A stretch of 63,961 nucleotides of DNA, filler included, from Craspedostauros australis (GCA_030167865.1; 14 parts of 14 records of this genome joined end to end with filler, not necessarily neighbours in it); one strand, 5' to 3'. Positions 24,118-36,509 are shown, counted from the whole stretch's first letter. The notes: generated by a model from the sequence alone, not told the origin. A program made the numbers and translations.

Positions 24118-25635
24118 GCGAGTCCTCGTGGTCTAGAGTTCTGGAGTATTACTGCTAGTAGAGCGCTCTGGATGTCCCAATCTGCGGAATGACGGGCTCC
24201 AGCAAGCGTCGTGACGGCGCACCTTTCGCGTTCCGCAGGCCTTCGCAGACAGCAACGTCTCTGTGCGACTATGGTACGAGTATGGTGCGGATGTGCGCTG
24301 CTTCCTTCCACGAGGCGCGTGATGTTCCTCCCTCTTTGCCTTTGCCCGATTGCTTCCGGCTGTCGTCTTTGTTCTTGTTGTGGTTCTTGTTGTCGTCGTC
24401 TTGGTGGCAGTCGCACGCTCCAAGTGCAATGTGTGGGTGGATGTGGGTGTGAGCGTCGATGTTGTTGTTGTTGCTGTTGTTGTTGTTCTCGACTATTTCC
24501 TTTGGCACCTTCCCCTCCTCGTTGATCAACGTCGCGCAGAGTTCGATTGTGTTGAAGCTCTCCTTCTGTCTTGCGTCGTGCCTGTGTTGTCCCAGCAGCT
24601 CGTGCACTCTCGTACTCGTATCCTGTCTTGTTGCGTTGCATCGCGTTGCATCGAGTCGTTGTTGTTCCTGCAGTGTCTTGGCATGACGCCTTCTCTCCGT
24701 GCGAACTGTTGGTGTTACCAACGAACGCGCTACAACTCACAACAACATGCCCATGGACGCGGCGAACTCTGTGGAAGACGAGCAGACCGTGGAACTCAAA
24801 ACACTCAGAAATCAGAAGACTGCGCGCGACAGGATCGTTCGTTGGTTCTGTTTGATCCGAACAAAGAAGCAAAACATGCAGCACAAACACGCAACATCGC
24901 AAGCACAAAGGCAAACAGAAGCGCGGAACAACGCGAATGCTGTTTGTCGCAGCGGAGTATCACCGTTCGAAGCATATTTCTCCGGGGTACGGTTTCGCCG
25001 AACAATTAATGACGAGGAGAATCCATCGAGCAGTTCGACCGTTCTTGGCGCATCGCAATTCGCTTGGGCGATCCGTGTTCTGGGCTGTTTGTTTCCGGTG
25101 ATCGTGCATCAGTACAACAACGCTCACGACCACTGTGTCCCGGTGGGCACAAACGGATGTCTTGTCGCCACTTATTGCCCTGGAATTCAGGACATTCTGG
25201 GCTGTTGATGAGGCACGATCGAAGGAATATGCCTGCTCGTGACTTGTGGAGGAATTTGAAAGGCAAAATGCCACGCTACCAACAAAGGCACGGAGCGCTA
25301 CAACACAACAAGAAAGAGCTCCGTCCTCCGATCTGTCGTGGTGGGGCTTCGTTGGCGTCTGGATTTCCGCTACCTCGCGAATCGTTGTGACAAGATGGAG
25401 GGAACGAGTTGTACACGAGCATGCAAGAAGTGTAGGGTCTATGCAACATCATCCAAGTCGATGCCCTTGGGGTGCGTTGGAGCCAAAAGCGCAGTTCAAT
25501 TCGTGCGAGCCCGAAGAATGATGTGAGAAGAGGCCTCATCGGGCAGATAACTTATTATTCTATGTTCGATCTTGTCAAAACCGACCGGCCACGAACTCTT
25601 TGTGTGCTGCGCTTCCCAACGCTACGCTTGCACTG

Positions 25636-26841
25636 CTACAGCGGCTGCTGTCGCTTCACATGCCATATCTGGATGTCGTCGACCGAGTAGATGGGATCGT
25701 ATTCTTCGTGCGGAATGATGGACACCACCAGGCCTCGTTCCTTGGCCAGCTCTTCGAATTTCTCACGCGGATGGTAATCGGGGTAGTACCGATGCTCGTA
25801 GGAGAGTATCGCCACCGCTTCTGGCTTGACCAGCAGCTCATCGATGACCTGGACCAACGGCGCGATCGGATACAGCTTGGGCAACACGCAATCGGCAACC
25901 AGGATGACGTCGTATGCTTCCGCGTTGCCATGCTCCTCATGCAACGAATCCTCGCCCCACCAAAGCTTCTGCGTGTAGATTGGACAGTTGTTGATCGTGG
26001 CCAATCTCTTGCTGGTTGCGTTGGCTTCGACCTCGACTGCTTCGGGATCCTCTTGTCGATCACCATTCAATTCAGTCTCTGCTCGTTGGATATTCTTGGC
26101 TGCCAGATTGACGACGTTCTCTTCTCCATCAGTGCAGCACACGTGCGATGCGCCCAGAATGGCTGAAACCACGCTTGTGACCTGTTACGGGGCATTGAAG
26201 AGGCACAAAGTGGAGTGACACGAATGCGAAGGGGCGAGAAGAAATGTGAGACAATGGGCTCGTTCATGCTCATGCTCATGTTATGATCAAGTCTGTCTTC
26301 ATGCTGTGTCCATGCTGTGTGGATGCTCATGAGTGAATACTGCAAAGGGGGTAAGCATCCCAGTGTTGCATCCCATCATTGCCGACGCAGCCGCGGCATG
26401 CATTCAAGCAAAGCCATAAAGAATGGAGTACAAAACCAAGCTCCACATTCAGCAGACGCCGCATCCAACACAGAAGCGAAGACTCACCCCCGTCCCGCTG
26501 CCCAAATCGACAACGCGCTTGCTAGCAATCATCGATGGACCATGCTTCTCCATGTACTTGACCAACACCATGGCGGCTGGCCATACCGTCGCACCTGTTC
26601 CATACGTGCCCTCGATCTCGCCGCGCTGCACCTGCTGCACCGTGAACTGCGACGACCGCACTTCGATTGGATAGAACTCGGACTGCGAATGTCGATTCCT
26701 CCATCCCAACGACTGCGATCGCCGCTTCAGCGATTCGCTCTGCCGTCCGCTGCTCTTGGACGAATCCAGCGCATCAAAGAAAGCTTTCGCCGTTGGGTGC
26801 GCCACCTTCGGCGTGGGTTCCGTCGTCGTTTCCGTTGTCAT
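25636..26841 (-). CDS. METTL21/Methyltransf_16-family lysine methyltransferase; 2 exons (26841-26488, 26181-25636)
   Basis: TGATVWPAA, VVDLGSGTG, TD, LWWG, DVILVADC and YEHR motifs. The GTGAGT...CAG intron at 26487-26182 joins LGSGTG|VTSVVSAILGA in phase 0. Confidence 0.92.
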
Positions 26842-27518
26842 AGCAGCAGAGTGTTGTCGTGTTCCGCCTGGATGGTCGTTCTTCGAAAAGCGATCTGCGT
26901 CGCGCTGTGTAATTATCGGCAGCAACGATCAATGGAATTGCACCGTGCGTATTGCAGGTAGTGCCATCCCCGGCTGCCGCCGCCGTCGATTCCTCCCGCC
27001 GACGTGGGCGTCATGGTCGGATGATGTGGGATGCGGGCGCGAGGCGAAGATGTGGCGAAGTCACGCTGATGAGAGATGACCGAAACAAACAAGATTTTTC
27101 TTCTTTTTGGATTCCATTTGGATGGATTGATTCGCAAACCTGAGCAAAACGCTGAGGATAAACGGTAGGGATAACACACAAGCTCTCATGATTGGCTCAT
27201 TCACCAATAGGACAGAAAACTCAATTTTGAATTTCAACGAAATCGGGACTGAAGATGACATGATTCATTTTGCCGGAACAGCAAGCAACCCGTCATTGTT
27301 CTTCTTCACCATCATCACCATCTCGTCATCCTCTCATCATCTCCCCCCATTGCGACCATGTTCATTCTTCATTTGAGCATCCTCATGCCTGCATGGTATT
27401 TCACGCCGAAGGAATGAAGCAACAGTGAAGCCAATGTCGCGGAACCCACCAACAGGCGTACTAGTCAGCATCTGTTCCACCCTCGCTTCCCTCGCGTGGC
27501 ATACGCATGTAGCACACG

Positions 27519-28778
27519 ATGGATGCGATACGAGCCTGCGAAGACATCATTGTGACTGTCGCTGCCGACGACGCTTCCACGATGCCATTCGCAAAGTCGG
27601 CACAGCAGTCGGAACTTGGAATACCCATCGAGATGGTGATGGTTGCTGGGCTTGCCGCAGTCGCAACGAAATCGAGTCAAGCGCAAGATGTCATGTTCCA
27701 TCGATTCCAACGGCTGTATTGGAAACAACGCGGTGATCCTCGGGGCAGCAGCCAAGGCTTCCAGCTGACAAGATCCGTTCTGCCGACTGCCGAACAGCTG
27801 CGCCTCATCGAATCCATGGTGGCACAGAAGTGTAAAGAACTGTCGGAGGAATCAGATCGAGCCATGAAAGAGCTGTTGAAGATGGAAGCTCGGAGTGCTC
27901 CGCGAGGCAAATCGAAAGGATCCCGAAACAAGAGCAAGGCCAAGGTGAAGCCCAAAGTGAAAAAGGTGGACAGCGTCGCATCTAGTGACGGCGCTTGGAA
28001 GGATGATGAGTCTTCTTCTCCACAAGTGTCGGCTGACAAGGCATCCATCGACCAGACGCGATGTGACGAAACGAGAAGTCGGAATGTCGATCATGATGAT
28101 GGGAGAATGCCACAGCATGAATCCACTGATCGAACTCCGCAGACGCAGACGCAGACTGGAATTGTGGAGAATGGTAGAGGTTGTGCAGATGCAAGCTCCA
28201 CTTCACGGGGTGGTTCACCTCACCGTGAAACGCTGGAGGTTGATAGCATACACGCCGAGGGATCGTTGCAAACTGTGCAAGCAGAGGATGTCAAGCCACG
28301 CATTGGTCGGGCAGATCATTCATCGCGAACACAGCAAGAAGTTTCGGCGCAAATACAAACAAAAACAATTGAACGAAATGTTGGGGAAGTCGCACACGAT
28401 GATCACAGCACGGGGAGCGATGATGGGACGAATGGGAGAGCCTTGACGACGATGCCTTCGATGTCTGCACTACAACGACAAGTACGAGAGTTGCAAACCC
28501 AGTTGCAGCGAAAGGACACCGAGATCGACAAACTGAAGACAGACCACGCCCAGCAACTGCGAGTGGAACGCGAGGCATTCGAGGAGAGGATGCAGGCTCT
28601 GCAACTGCGATTGTACATCAGCGAAACGCGGTTGAAAACCTTCCAGGACGCGTTGGATCAGCATGTGCAGTCCGTCGCAAGCAACGTGTCCAGCAACTAC
28701 AGAAACACCATGACGACGCAAAACGAGGACAGCGATACGCCGTCGCCTTTGTTCGCGCGCACGAGACGCAATCGGTGA
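27519..28778 (+). CDS. Hypothetical protein with a K-rich segment and a C-terminal coiled coil; may have an upstream exon
   Basis: 419-aa ORF with the heptad-rich LQRQVRELQTQLQRKD...LQLRLYISETRLKTFQDAL. Confidence 0.7.
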   Translation: MDAIRACEDIIVTVAADDASTMPFAKSAQQSELGIPIEMVMVAGLAAVATKSSQAQDVMFHRFQRLYWKQRGDPRGSSQGFQLTRSVLPTAEQLRLIESMVAQKCKELSEESDRAMKELLKMEARSAPRGKSKGSRNKSKAKVKPKVKKVDSVASSDGAWKDDESSSPQVSADKASIDQTRCDETRSRNVDHDDGRMPQHESTDRTPQTQTQTGIVENGRGCADASSTSRGGSPHRETLEVDSIHAEGSLQTVQAEDVKPRIGRADHSSRTQQEVSAQIQTKTIERNVGEVAHDDHSTGSDDGTNGRALTTMPSMSALQRQVRELQTQLQRKDTEIDKLKTDHAQQLRVEREAFEERMQALQLRLYISETRLKTFQDALDQHVQSVASNVSSNYRNTMTTQNEDSDTPSPLFARTRRNR

Positions 28779-29169
28779 TGTAGAATGTAGTGCTATGAGT
28801 GGATTTCCACAGATTGGAGATATAACATGATACTCGGAGAATAGCCTTCATCTGCGTTTACGTACGAGTAGGAATGGTGTATCCATAACGTAGTCGTCCA
28901 CGAGTATAGTACTTTCGCTTGGTATGAGTAGGTCGTACAGTACAATGACCGCCACAACCCAAGGGAACATGATGAAGAAAGCGTGGGAGGCGAAGCCTTG
29001 ATGAGGAAAGAACAAAAAAGGCGACCACAAACGACTGAACAAGATTTCGCCGACGATCGTAGAAAACTTCAAGCGAACGAGAATGGAGGCAACACCACAA
29101 ATCTGAGGAGTCATCACATTGCGAAACCCAGACGCTTCGTTTGTGACCCTCCACAGTGAGACATCCACC

Positions 29170-31698
29170 ATGGCCGATGAAGGCGCAACGCAAGCGACGG
29201 CATCGCAGCCAACTGCCACTAGCGACGGAGGTGATGCGGCAGTCGCACCGCTTGCTCCTGTGACACCATCTCCCAACGCGACGCCGCAGACGCAGACGCA
29301 GACGCAGCCAAGAGTGACGAGGAACCGCAACGTGACGACGATTCGCCTGCCGACAGCCACCACATCGGGAGATCAGACGGTGCGCCAATTCCGTCTGGAT
29401 CCCAACACGTCTCAAGGCCCCATTCGACTCGATCTGGGCCATGGTCAGGTGGTCACGCTCGACAGCCTCGGCGCGAATGTGCGAGGTGGGCGCATCACAA
29501 GGAGGAACCGCGTCGTCAATGGGGCAACGCCCAATGTTGGTCAGCAGACCATTCGGATTCATGTTCCACAAGGCCAGACGAATGCGGCTCCTGGTGTTGC
29601 AAGCGCAACTGCAGCTGCAAACGTGAATGCAACTACGAGTGTAGCTACGGGTGTAGCTACGAGTGCAGCTACGAGTGCAACTTCGAACGCAGCCACGAGT
29701 CCCAATGTCAGCACCAACAACAATGCTGCGACTGCAACTGCAACTGCCAGCGTTGGTGGTGGAAGCAGCCCTGGATCCAACATCAACATCAATGGCAATG
29801 TCATCAGCAACGCCATCCGCAGGGCACTCAACACCACCACCACCAATACCAACAACAACAACAACAACAACAATGCCCATACCAACCAACGCAGTCAACC
29901 GCCACTGCAGAGACAACTAAGACAGCCACAGATGAATGTTCGTGTTGTGCAAATTCCCAATCTCGTGCCGCAGCCCATCCATATCCACCCATCTCAAGCC
30001 GGCACGCATGAACAGGATGATGACAAATTCGCTCGGTTCAAGTGCCTCATCTGCAGCGACTTCATGAGAAGTCCCTCGGGTTGCGGCAAATGCTCCAGCC
30101 GCTTCTGTCATGGATGTCTTCTGCGGGTGGTCGATGGCGCGAATACTTCAAGCCGAAGAGATAACAACACTGACGGCCAGAATGCAGCGGACAACAAACC
30201 AGTCGCCAAATGCCCGACTTGCAGAGTGGAGTTCTCGGCAGACGACATCGCCAAGGACGAGGTGCTTCAGAAACAAATGCACGAAATGCCTGCCATCAGC
30301 TGTCGGTATCCAAACTGCACCGAAAAGCACAGACTGCATCTCATTTCGGATCACGAGAAGAAATGCTCCCGCGCCCCGTGCAAATGTCGGTACGCCACCT
30401 TCGGATGCAATTGGCAAGGACCGCGCGGCGACGTCACCGACCACGAGAAGGTGGGTTGCATCCACGCCAAGATGGCACCCGTCATCGAGCAGCTGCGTCA
30501 CGTCAAGATTGATCATACCAACCGCATCGACATTCTGCAGCAGCAGATCGCAGGCACAATGCGCATGCAGACGGTGCAGCAGCAGAACCTGCAACGCATC
30601 CAGGCCAAGTCCGTCTACAACGTCGTGGATTTCATGGAATACTGTCAGGTGGCCACCTGCACCACCGCCTCGCTCTTTCGATCACGGGAACGTTGGGTGG
30701 CATTTCATGGATCGCGCGGATCCTGCGCCGGTTTGGTCAACACGCTCACCTTGCTGCCGACCATGCTGGTGTGGGCGACGGTGTCGTTGGATGGATACCA
30801 CGACTTCATCGCGCTTATCCATCGCATCGATATGATGCAGAGCACGGAGGAGGAGCTGACCGTTCTGTTCGAGCAGGTCCTGCTGTCCATCATGGTCTTA
30901 ATGATGGGCGTGATGATCCTCACAGGTTCGCTGTCCGATTCGAGATCGAGCCTCAAATACATCGTGGTTTCTTCACAATGGCTCAATATTGCCGGTTACC
31001 CGTTGGTGCGAGATGCCGTGGCAATGTCCGTCCTTGGCATTCATTACCGCACGTGGCTGTTCGGCGAAGTGTTTTGGATGCCGTGCATCATACAGTGGTT
31101 CCTCGTTACCATCACGTCCACCTTCTTCCCTGGTTTGGTGTGGACGGTATCGAACGCAGTCAACGGCATTCCGGTTTCCTCCACCACAATTCAACTCGAG
31201 GAGCTAGGAAGGGCCGTCGAACCCGTGCTCTTTGGATTGCGATATGCCCTGCTGGGTCTCAACTTCCATTGGTCGACGTGCTTGGATGCGATCGGTCTCA
31301 TGGTCATCACGAAGCACGTACTGACAAAGATCTATCCCGACATGGTCACCGGCGACTGCTTCTGCGACGAGCTACCTGCTTCCACCGTCCTCTTCTTCAT
31401 GAGCGCGCGCGTCGTCATCTTCTCGTGGCACATCAAGATGACCATCGAAATGGATCAGACCTTCGACGAGATGATGATGGTCGACACGCTCGTGGCATTC
31501 AGCATCCTCTTGCTCGTCAACATCCTGCTCAAGAAATTGACCGTCCTGGGCGTCATCGTCGGCAAGAAGATCGTGCAGCAGGCGCAGATAGCGATGCGAA
31601 GAGAAGGCTTGCGCAATGACGAATATACCGGCCTTGGCATTTCGGTCTTTGGGACGTGGGCGGCCACGTTGTTCGCGATCGTCACGACGACGACGTAG
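29170..31698 (+). CDS. RING-finger plus TRAF-type zinc-finger protein with a multi-pass membrane C-terminus (putative E3 ligase)
   Basis: CLIC...CGKC...FCHGC...CPTC RING, followed by CRYPNC...HEKKC and CRYATFGCNW...HEKVGC fingers, a coiled coil and several hydrophobic helices. Confidence 0.85.
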   Translation: MADEGATQATASQPTATSDGGDAAVAPLAPVTPSPNATPQTQTQTQPRVTRNRNVTTIRLPTATTSGDQTVRQFRLDPNTSQGPIRLDLGHGQVVTLDSLGANVRGGRITRRNRVVNGATPNVGQQTIRIHVPQGQTNAAPGVASATAAANVNATTSVATGVATSAATSATSNAATSPNVSTNNNAATATATASVGGGSSPGSNININGNVISNAIRRALNTTTTNTNNNNNNNNAHTNQRSQPPLQRQLRQPQMNVRVVQIPNLVPQPIHIHPSQAGTHEQDDDKFARFKCLICSDFMRSPSGCGKCSSRFCHGCLLRVVDGANTSSRRDNNTDGQNAADNKPVAKCPTCRVEFSADDIAKDEVLQKQMHEMPAISCRYPNCTEKHRLHLISDHEKKCSRAPCKCRYATFGCNWQGPRGDVTDHEKVGCIHAKMAPVIEQLRHVKIDHTNRIDILQQQIAGTMRMQTVQQQNLQRIQAKSVYNVVDFMEYCQVATCTTASLFRSRERWVAFHGSRGSCAGLVNTLTLLPTMLVWATVSLDGYHDFIALIHRIDMMQSTEEELTVLFEQVLLSIMVLMMGVMILTGSLSDSRSSLKYIVVSSQWLNIAGYPLVRDAVAMSVLGIHYRTWLFGEVFWMPCIIQWFLVTITSTFFPGLVWTVSNAVNGIPVSSTTIQLEELGRAVEPVLFGLRYALLGLNFHWSTCLDAIGLMVITKHVLTKIYPDMVTGDCFCDELPASTVLFFMSARVVIFSWHIKMTIEMDQTFDEMMMVDTLVAFSILLLVNILLKKLTVLGVIVGKKIVQQAQIAMRREGLRNDEYTGLGISVFGTWAATLFAIVTTTT

Positions 31699-32007
31699 AG
31701 TGAATAAATACACTAGAGAGCAGTAGGCGCTGCAATACTACGAGTGGTGTGCGTGGGATCTACAGTAGCGCTTCTGCAGTGACATGCACCACATTCATCC
31801 ATCGAACTCTCCTTCCGAAAACCAATACTCATCGGAAGAAAAATAGAAGCGAAAACATGAGGATGTACGTAATTGAGCCATTCTATACAGAGATAATCAC
31901 AGTCGTTCTGTCCTGATTGCATGCTGCTCTCGATGTAGTAATAATAAGCTGCATGCCATAACAACAGCAGTGTACTAGCTTTCTCGTTCTCGTGGCATAA
32001 ACCATGA

Positions 32008-33132
32008 CTACGTGCTCGCTCTGGCCATGTTGCGGTACCCTGTTCCCAGACAGCTCATCATGACGGTGCTGGTTTCCACCTCGGGCGTGATCTTGAATTC
32101 AATGTCAAATGCCTGCTTGAGCAGCCGCAGAGTCTCGATCGTGTACTGCGAGATGGTGCCGAGCCGTATTCTGGAGACATCCTCTGGCGTCAACGTCATC
32201 CACAGCAGCGCGATCGACTGGCAGGACGTGTCTATGCACCCGCCCTTCTGTATCTCCTCCAGCAGCAGACAGGCCCCGCGCTTGCCCAATTCTTCCGCCA
32301 GCTCCGCGCCTCGTTCTGACGTGTTTAGGGAGCATTCGGCGGTCAGGAACACCCCCGTGTTGGATTCGCTCGTCACGATCAACGAGAGTCCAGGACTGGG
32401 GCCGCACCCATGTCGCTTCTGCGTGTGCACGTCGGTGTGAATCCACACGTCGGGCAGCAACCGATGGAAGACGCCCTTGGCAGAGTAGGCCACGCGCGCG
32501 GCCATCGACGACGAGACGATCTTGCACGATATCGCGTTGCCGCGAATGCGCTTTATTTTTCCGGGATCCGTGAAGTCGATCGATTGCAGCTTCTTGACGA
32601 TGGGGCAGACGAAGCGCACGGCGCCTCCGCCCGTGGGAGCGGCAGCACGCTTGATGACGCGGATATCGGGTCGCAGTTCTTCGGCGTCGGTGCCGATTCC
32701 GAATCGCGGGAACAGCGGCAGGACGGATGCACGGATGTAATCCACTGAGGGATCTCGTTCCGAACAGCCGTCCGTGATTCCAGCGAACATGATGGTCAGC
32801 GGTTCCTTCCCAAACGGCGCCAGCGGCAGAATGCCCTCCAGGAACCATCCGATCGATCTCGAATCAGGACAGTCATGCTCCACGTCGCCACCGATGAAGA
32901 CGCCGGGGTCGAGACGGAATTGCGTTCCAGTGTTGTTGATCTCCATCCTCGATCCGTTCGTCAAGGAATCGATGAGGCGCAGGAAGCTGGCCTCGTAGTC
33001 CTTCAATCCCGGGCTCTCCACGTCATCTCCGCGGATGTTGCGCACCAGCAGCGGTCGGTGCGAGAGAATGCTCACGACGATGCGCTGTCGGAACTGCGTC
33101 GCGCCGTCATCGAATGTCAATGTTCTGCTCAT
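32008..33132 (-). CDS. RCL1: RNA 3'-terminal phosphate cyclase-like protein (18S rRNA biogenesis)
   Basis: FRQRIVVSILS, PGLKDYEASFLRLIDSLTNGS, RSIGWFLE..LAPFGKEPL, DPSVD, GKIKRIRG, SPGLSL and CLGTGY are typical Rcl1 motifs; 374 aa. Confidence 0.95.
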   Translation of the reverse strand: MSRTLTFDDGATQFRQRIVVSILSHRPLLVRNIRGDDVESPGLKDYEASFLRLIDSLTNGSRMEINNTGTQFRLDPGVFIGGDVEHDCPDSRSIGWFLEGILPLAPFGKEPLTIMFAGITDGCSERDPSVDYIRASVLPLFPRFGIGTDAEELRPDIRVIKRAAAPTGGGAVRFVCPIVKKLQSIDFTDPGKIKRIRGNAISCKIVSSSMAARVAYSAKGVFHRLLPDVWIHTDVHTQKRHGCGPSPGLSLIVTSESNTGVFLTAECSLNTSERGAELAEELGKRGACLLLEEIQKGGCIDTSCQSIALLWMTLTPEDVSRIRLGTISQYTIETLRLLKQAFDIEFKITPEVETSTVMMSCLGTGYRNMARAST

Positions 33133-33855
33133 CGTGGATTGTATAATACTGTACTATTCTATAAAATTATATTTTGTTGCGATGATCACTTTCATGCGTT
33201 GGTGGAGTCGGCTGTTGATCGCGTTGGTTGGTGATCTTGATGCGCTTTCGATCAATCAATTGGGGAGGCTGCCTCGACGGAGTCAAGATGTCGTGGCTTC
33301 CCTTGCCAAACATGATGATGCCATCACATCGCAAGTTATTCTTCTCCGCCATGACCATGCATGGAACTTGCATCGTCTGGTACGTGCGCTTCCGTCCGTT
33401 CCCCAAGGACACGTGATGCCATCACACCATCGCAATTTTCCCATTTTCGACAAACCATCGCTTGGGTGGTTGCGTGATGGGTTATGTGCACTCACTGACT
33501 CATCCGACTCGAATAGAGGTGAGCGATCCATCGCGTTTTCTTCGTGTCAGCCACCCAACCAGAAAAAGCGTGACAGCGCAGAACAACAACGCAACGAACA
33601 ACGACAGCACAGACAGAAACATCATCAAACAAAGCGTTCCCAAAATCAACCACGAAAACGGAGAGCGGCAGCGCCCTCAGTCTGGACAAGACACACTCTC
33701 ATTACCATACAACCACTGACACCATTGCATGCATCAAACTTCGTGACAGCATTCGAATTGAAAGGAGCCATCATACGAGCGCTGCATTGAGAGCAACCGT
33801 ACTCATAACACAACATTCAACCACAGAACAGAGCAGACGGAGCAAAGAGGCAATC

Positions 33856-35532
33856 ATGAGGTGGTCACAGGCGATCTTCTTGCTGACATCAGCAGCCGGT
33901 TTGGCGAAGGAGGCTGCTGCCTTCTCCGTCTCCTCTCCATCGGCAGGTGCTCGTATGTCAATGGAAACGATGACGACTACGACCACGACAACGGCGATGA
34001 TGCCATCATTGATTGCTGTGGCCAAGACGCAGGCACGCATCTCGACTGCGCGCGCATCGTCAACGGATGGCGAGGTCGAAGTGTTGGGAGACGAAATCGA
34101 ATTCTCGGAAGAAGACGAGGAGGACTTCGTGCTGGAGGATGCTCTCGCCAACAAGGCGGCATGGGAGGAAGAGCTCAGGTACCTGTCGAGGACGTCCCGA
34201 ACTGACGAAGATGCCACCAAGAAGGCGCAAGCCATCTTTGACAAGATGTTCGAGACCTACGTGATCAGCGAGGACAGCACGTTTTGGCCCACCGCCGACA
34301 TCTACAACATGCTCATCGACGCGCACGCGTATTCCAATGCTGAGGATGGGGCGGTGGAAGCGGAACGCATCCTGTCGAGGATGGAAGACGACGGCGTGGA
34401 GCTTGTTGCCAAGCCGAATCGGCAAACGTACATCAACATCGCCGATGCCTGGGCCATGAAGAAGAATCCTGCAAAGGCGATGGAGACCATCGATCGTTTG
34501 CAACAGCGATGGGAGGAGACAGGGAAGCCGGAGGACATGGAACCGAATGCGGAAATCTACAACAAGCTCATCAAGGCGTACGGTATTGTGGAAGATTACG
34601 ACAGGGTCGAATCCACGTTCCAGATGCTTTTGGATTCGGATGGGGCGATGAAGGCCACCTACAAGACGTGGGTGCAGACGATGAAAGCCTACACGTTGCG
34701 ACAAGGGGGCAGCGCCGACTCCGTGCGCGCGCTGGTGCAGAAGATGAACAAGGCGTACAGGATGGGCGAGGAGGAGTACAAGCCCAAGATCGATGTCTAC
34801 AACGCGCTTATCCGATCCGTGGGCAACGAGCTCAACGGTGCCTTGGATGCGGAGGCCCTCCTGTACGAACTCATCGAGCAGTACCGAAAGGGCGACCAAG
34901 ATATGCTCCCAAACAACGAAACCTTCCTGGCCACCATCATGCCGTTCAAGAATCTGGAGGAAGGCGGGTCGGCCGCCAAGGTGGAGACCCTGTTTCAAAT
35001 CCAAGAGGCTCTGTACCAGCAAAGCGGCTTCAACAAGGACCTGAAACCCAACCTGCGCCTCTTCAACTCCATAATGTCCGTGTTTGCAAGATCCAACGAC
35101 ATCAAAAAGTCGAAACGAGCCAAGAGGATCCTGGACAAGATGCAGGCGGCGGACGACGTGGAACCTGACACGATCACGTACTACCTGGTCCTGAAGGCAT
35201 GCGCCAACACGCGCGGCGATGCCGAGGAGAGCCTCGAGGCATTCCAAATCGCTCTGGATACGCTCAACGACTTCCGGGCGCGCTTCGGCACCGACAGCCG
35301 TTGCTTCAGCATGTTCCTCCGAGCCTGCGGCAACCTCATGCCACCATCCCGCAAGCGTGACGCCGTCATCCAGAGCATCTTCCAGAAGTGCTGCGACGAT
35401 GGCTTGGTCAGCGAGTTCGTCCTCCGGGAATTCGGTCGCTCTTCGTCGGAGGAACTGCAGCTGCAAGTTCTGGGCGGTTTTCTCGAGGATGGTGTCCGTC
35501 TCCCCAAGGGCTGGACCCGAAACGTGACATAG
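33856..35532 (+). CDS. Plastid-targeted PPR-like helical repeat protein
   Basis: Signal peptide plus AAA-FSV (ASAFAP-like). Repeats PTADIYNMLIDAHA, PNAEIYNKLIKAYG, PKIDVYNALIRS and PDTITYYLVLKACA, with C-terminal IFQKCCDDGLVS...LPKGWTRNV. Confidence 0.88.
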   Translation: MRWSQAIFLLTSAAGLAKEAAAFSVSSPSAGARMSMETMTTTTTTTAMMPSLIAVAKTQARISTARASSTDGEVEVLGDEIEFSEEDEEDFVLEDALANKAAWEEELRYLSRTSRTDEDATKKAQAIFDKMFETYVISEDSTFWPTADIYNMLIDAHAYSNAEDGAVEAERILSRMEDDGVELVAKPNRQTYINIADAWAMKKNPAKAMETIDRLQQRWEETGKPEDMEPNAEIYNKLIKAYGIVEDYDRVESTFQMLLDSDGAMKATYKTWVQTMKAYTLRQGGSADSVRALVQKMNKAYRMGEEEYKPKIDVYNALIRSVGNELNGALDAEALLYELIEQYRKGDQDMLPNNETFLATIMPFKNLEEGGSAAKVETLFQIQEALYQQSGFNKDLKPNLRLFNSIMSVFARSNDIKKSKRAKRILDKMQAADDVEPDTITYYLVLKACANTRGDAEESLEAFQIALDTLNDFRARFGTDSRCFSMFLRACGNLMPPSRKRDAVIQSIFQKCCDDGLVSEFVLREFGRSSSEELQLQVLGGFLEDGVRLPKGWTRNVT

Positions 35533-36158
35533 CGGCGATGCCGGACTCCACATTAGGGATACTAGATCTACCAGCAAATGCTGTATTTACCATCTTTCTA
35601 ATGTATCAATAGAACACCAACATATAATACGAGTAGAGTACGACACTGTGCCGCAATACTCGTGGCATGATGATGTACCAGGGATGCTGCAGCTTGCGAT
35701 GGTGCTCACGCCAGTAGAATAGTCCTACTTGTGATCGCGATGTGGAGACAGTTATAGTTCACATGCTGGTGGCTTGTGGTGTCGAACGTCCCTGTTTCGA
35801 AGAGTTTCTTCCGGTTTCGTCGAGGTTGCACGCGATGCGTTCGCATCGTTCGTCAACAAGTCACGAGAGCACGGGATCGCGACGATCTTTTGCGTTGGTT
35901 AGCGTCACAGCAACAGATCATTCTCGTGTGATGCGCCAGCACCAAGAAAAGAACCCCAACAAAAGATCGCACACTGTCTGCTCACACCGCCAGACGCAGG
36001 ACGCAGGACGCAGGGCACAAGCCACAAAACACAGCGGGTCGTAGTCGTAGGCAACAAAAACAAGTGGAAGGGAATCATCACAACCGCAACACGACAAATA
36101 ACTCGTCACCGCATACTTCTCCGCAAGAGACGATACCACACAAGAAGAACATCCAACC

Positions 36159-36509
36159 ATGGCACCACCAGGATCCGCGCATTTGAACTTCACCCTCGGT
36201 GGCCTCGTGATGGCCGGCGGGGCGATGGGGTACCTGCGCAAGGGCAGCACCATCAGCCTTCTTGCCGGCCTCGGTTTCGGCGGGGCGCTCGTGGGATCCG
36301 GCATCCTCATCGCCCAGAATGAGAGCTTCAAGGGACACGTGCTGGCATCGGGCGCGACGTCCGTCATGACGGTTGCCATGGGCCAGCGGTTTCTATCCTC
36401 CGGCAAGTTCATGCCAGCCGGAATGGTCGCTGCCCTGGGTGCCGTTGGGTTAGCGTACAACGCCAAGAAGGCCATCGAGTGGATGCCAGAGAAGGACGGT
36501 GAGTCATGA
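36159..36509 (+). CDS. TMEM14/FAX-family small membrane protein
   Basis: GGAMGYLRKGSTISLLAGLGFG...RFLSSGKFMPAG signature; 116 aa. Confidence 0.92.
   Translation: MAPPGSAHLNFTLGGLVMAGGAMGYLRKGSTISLLAGLGFGGALVGSGILIAQNESFKGHVLASGATSVMTVAMGQRFLSSGKFMPAGMVAALGAVGLAYNAKKAIEWMPEKDGES

Noticed and set aside
34060..35577. 505-aa antisense ORF and similar long shadow ORFs (888-1538, 2016-2873, 13756-14640, 42565-43656)
   Set aside because: These are antisense shadows of GC3-rich real genes and have no motifs.
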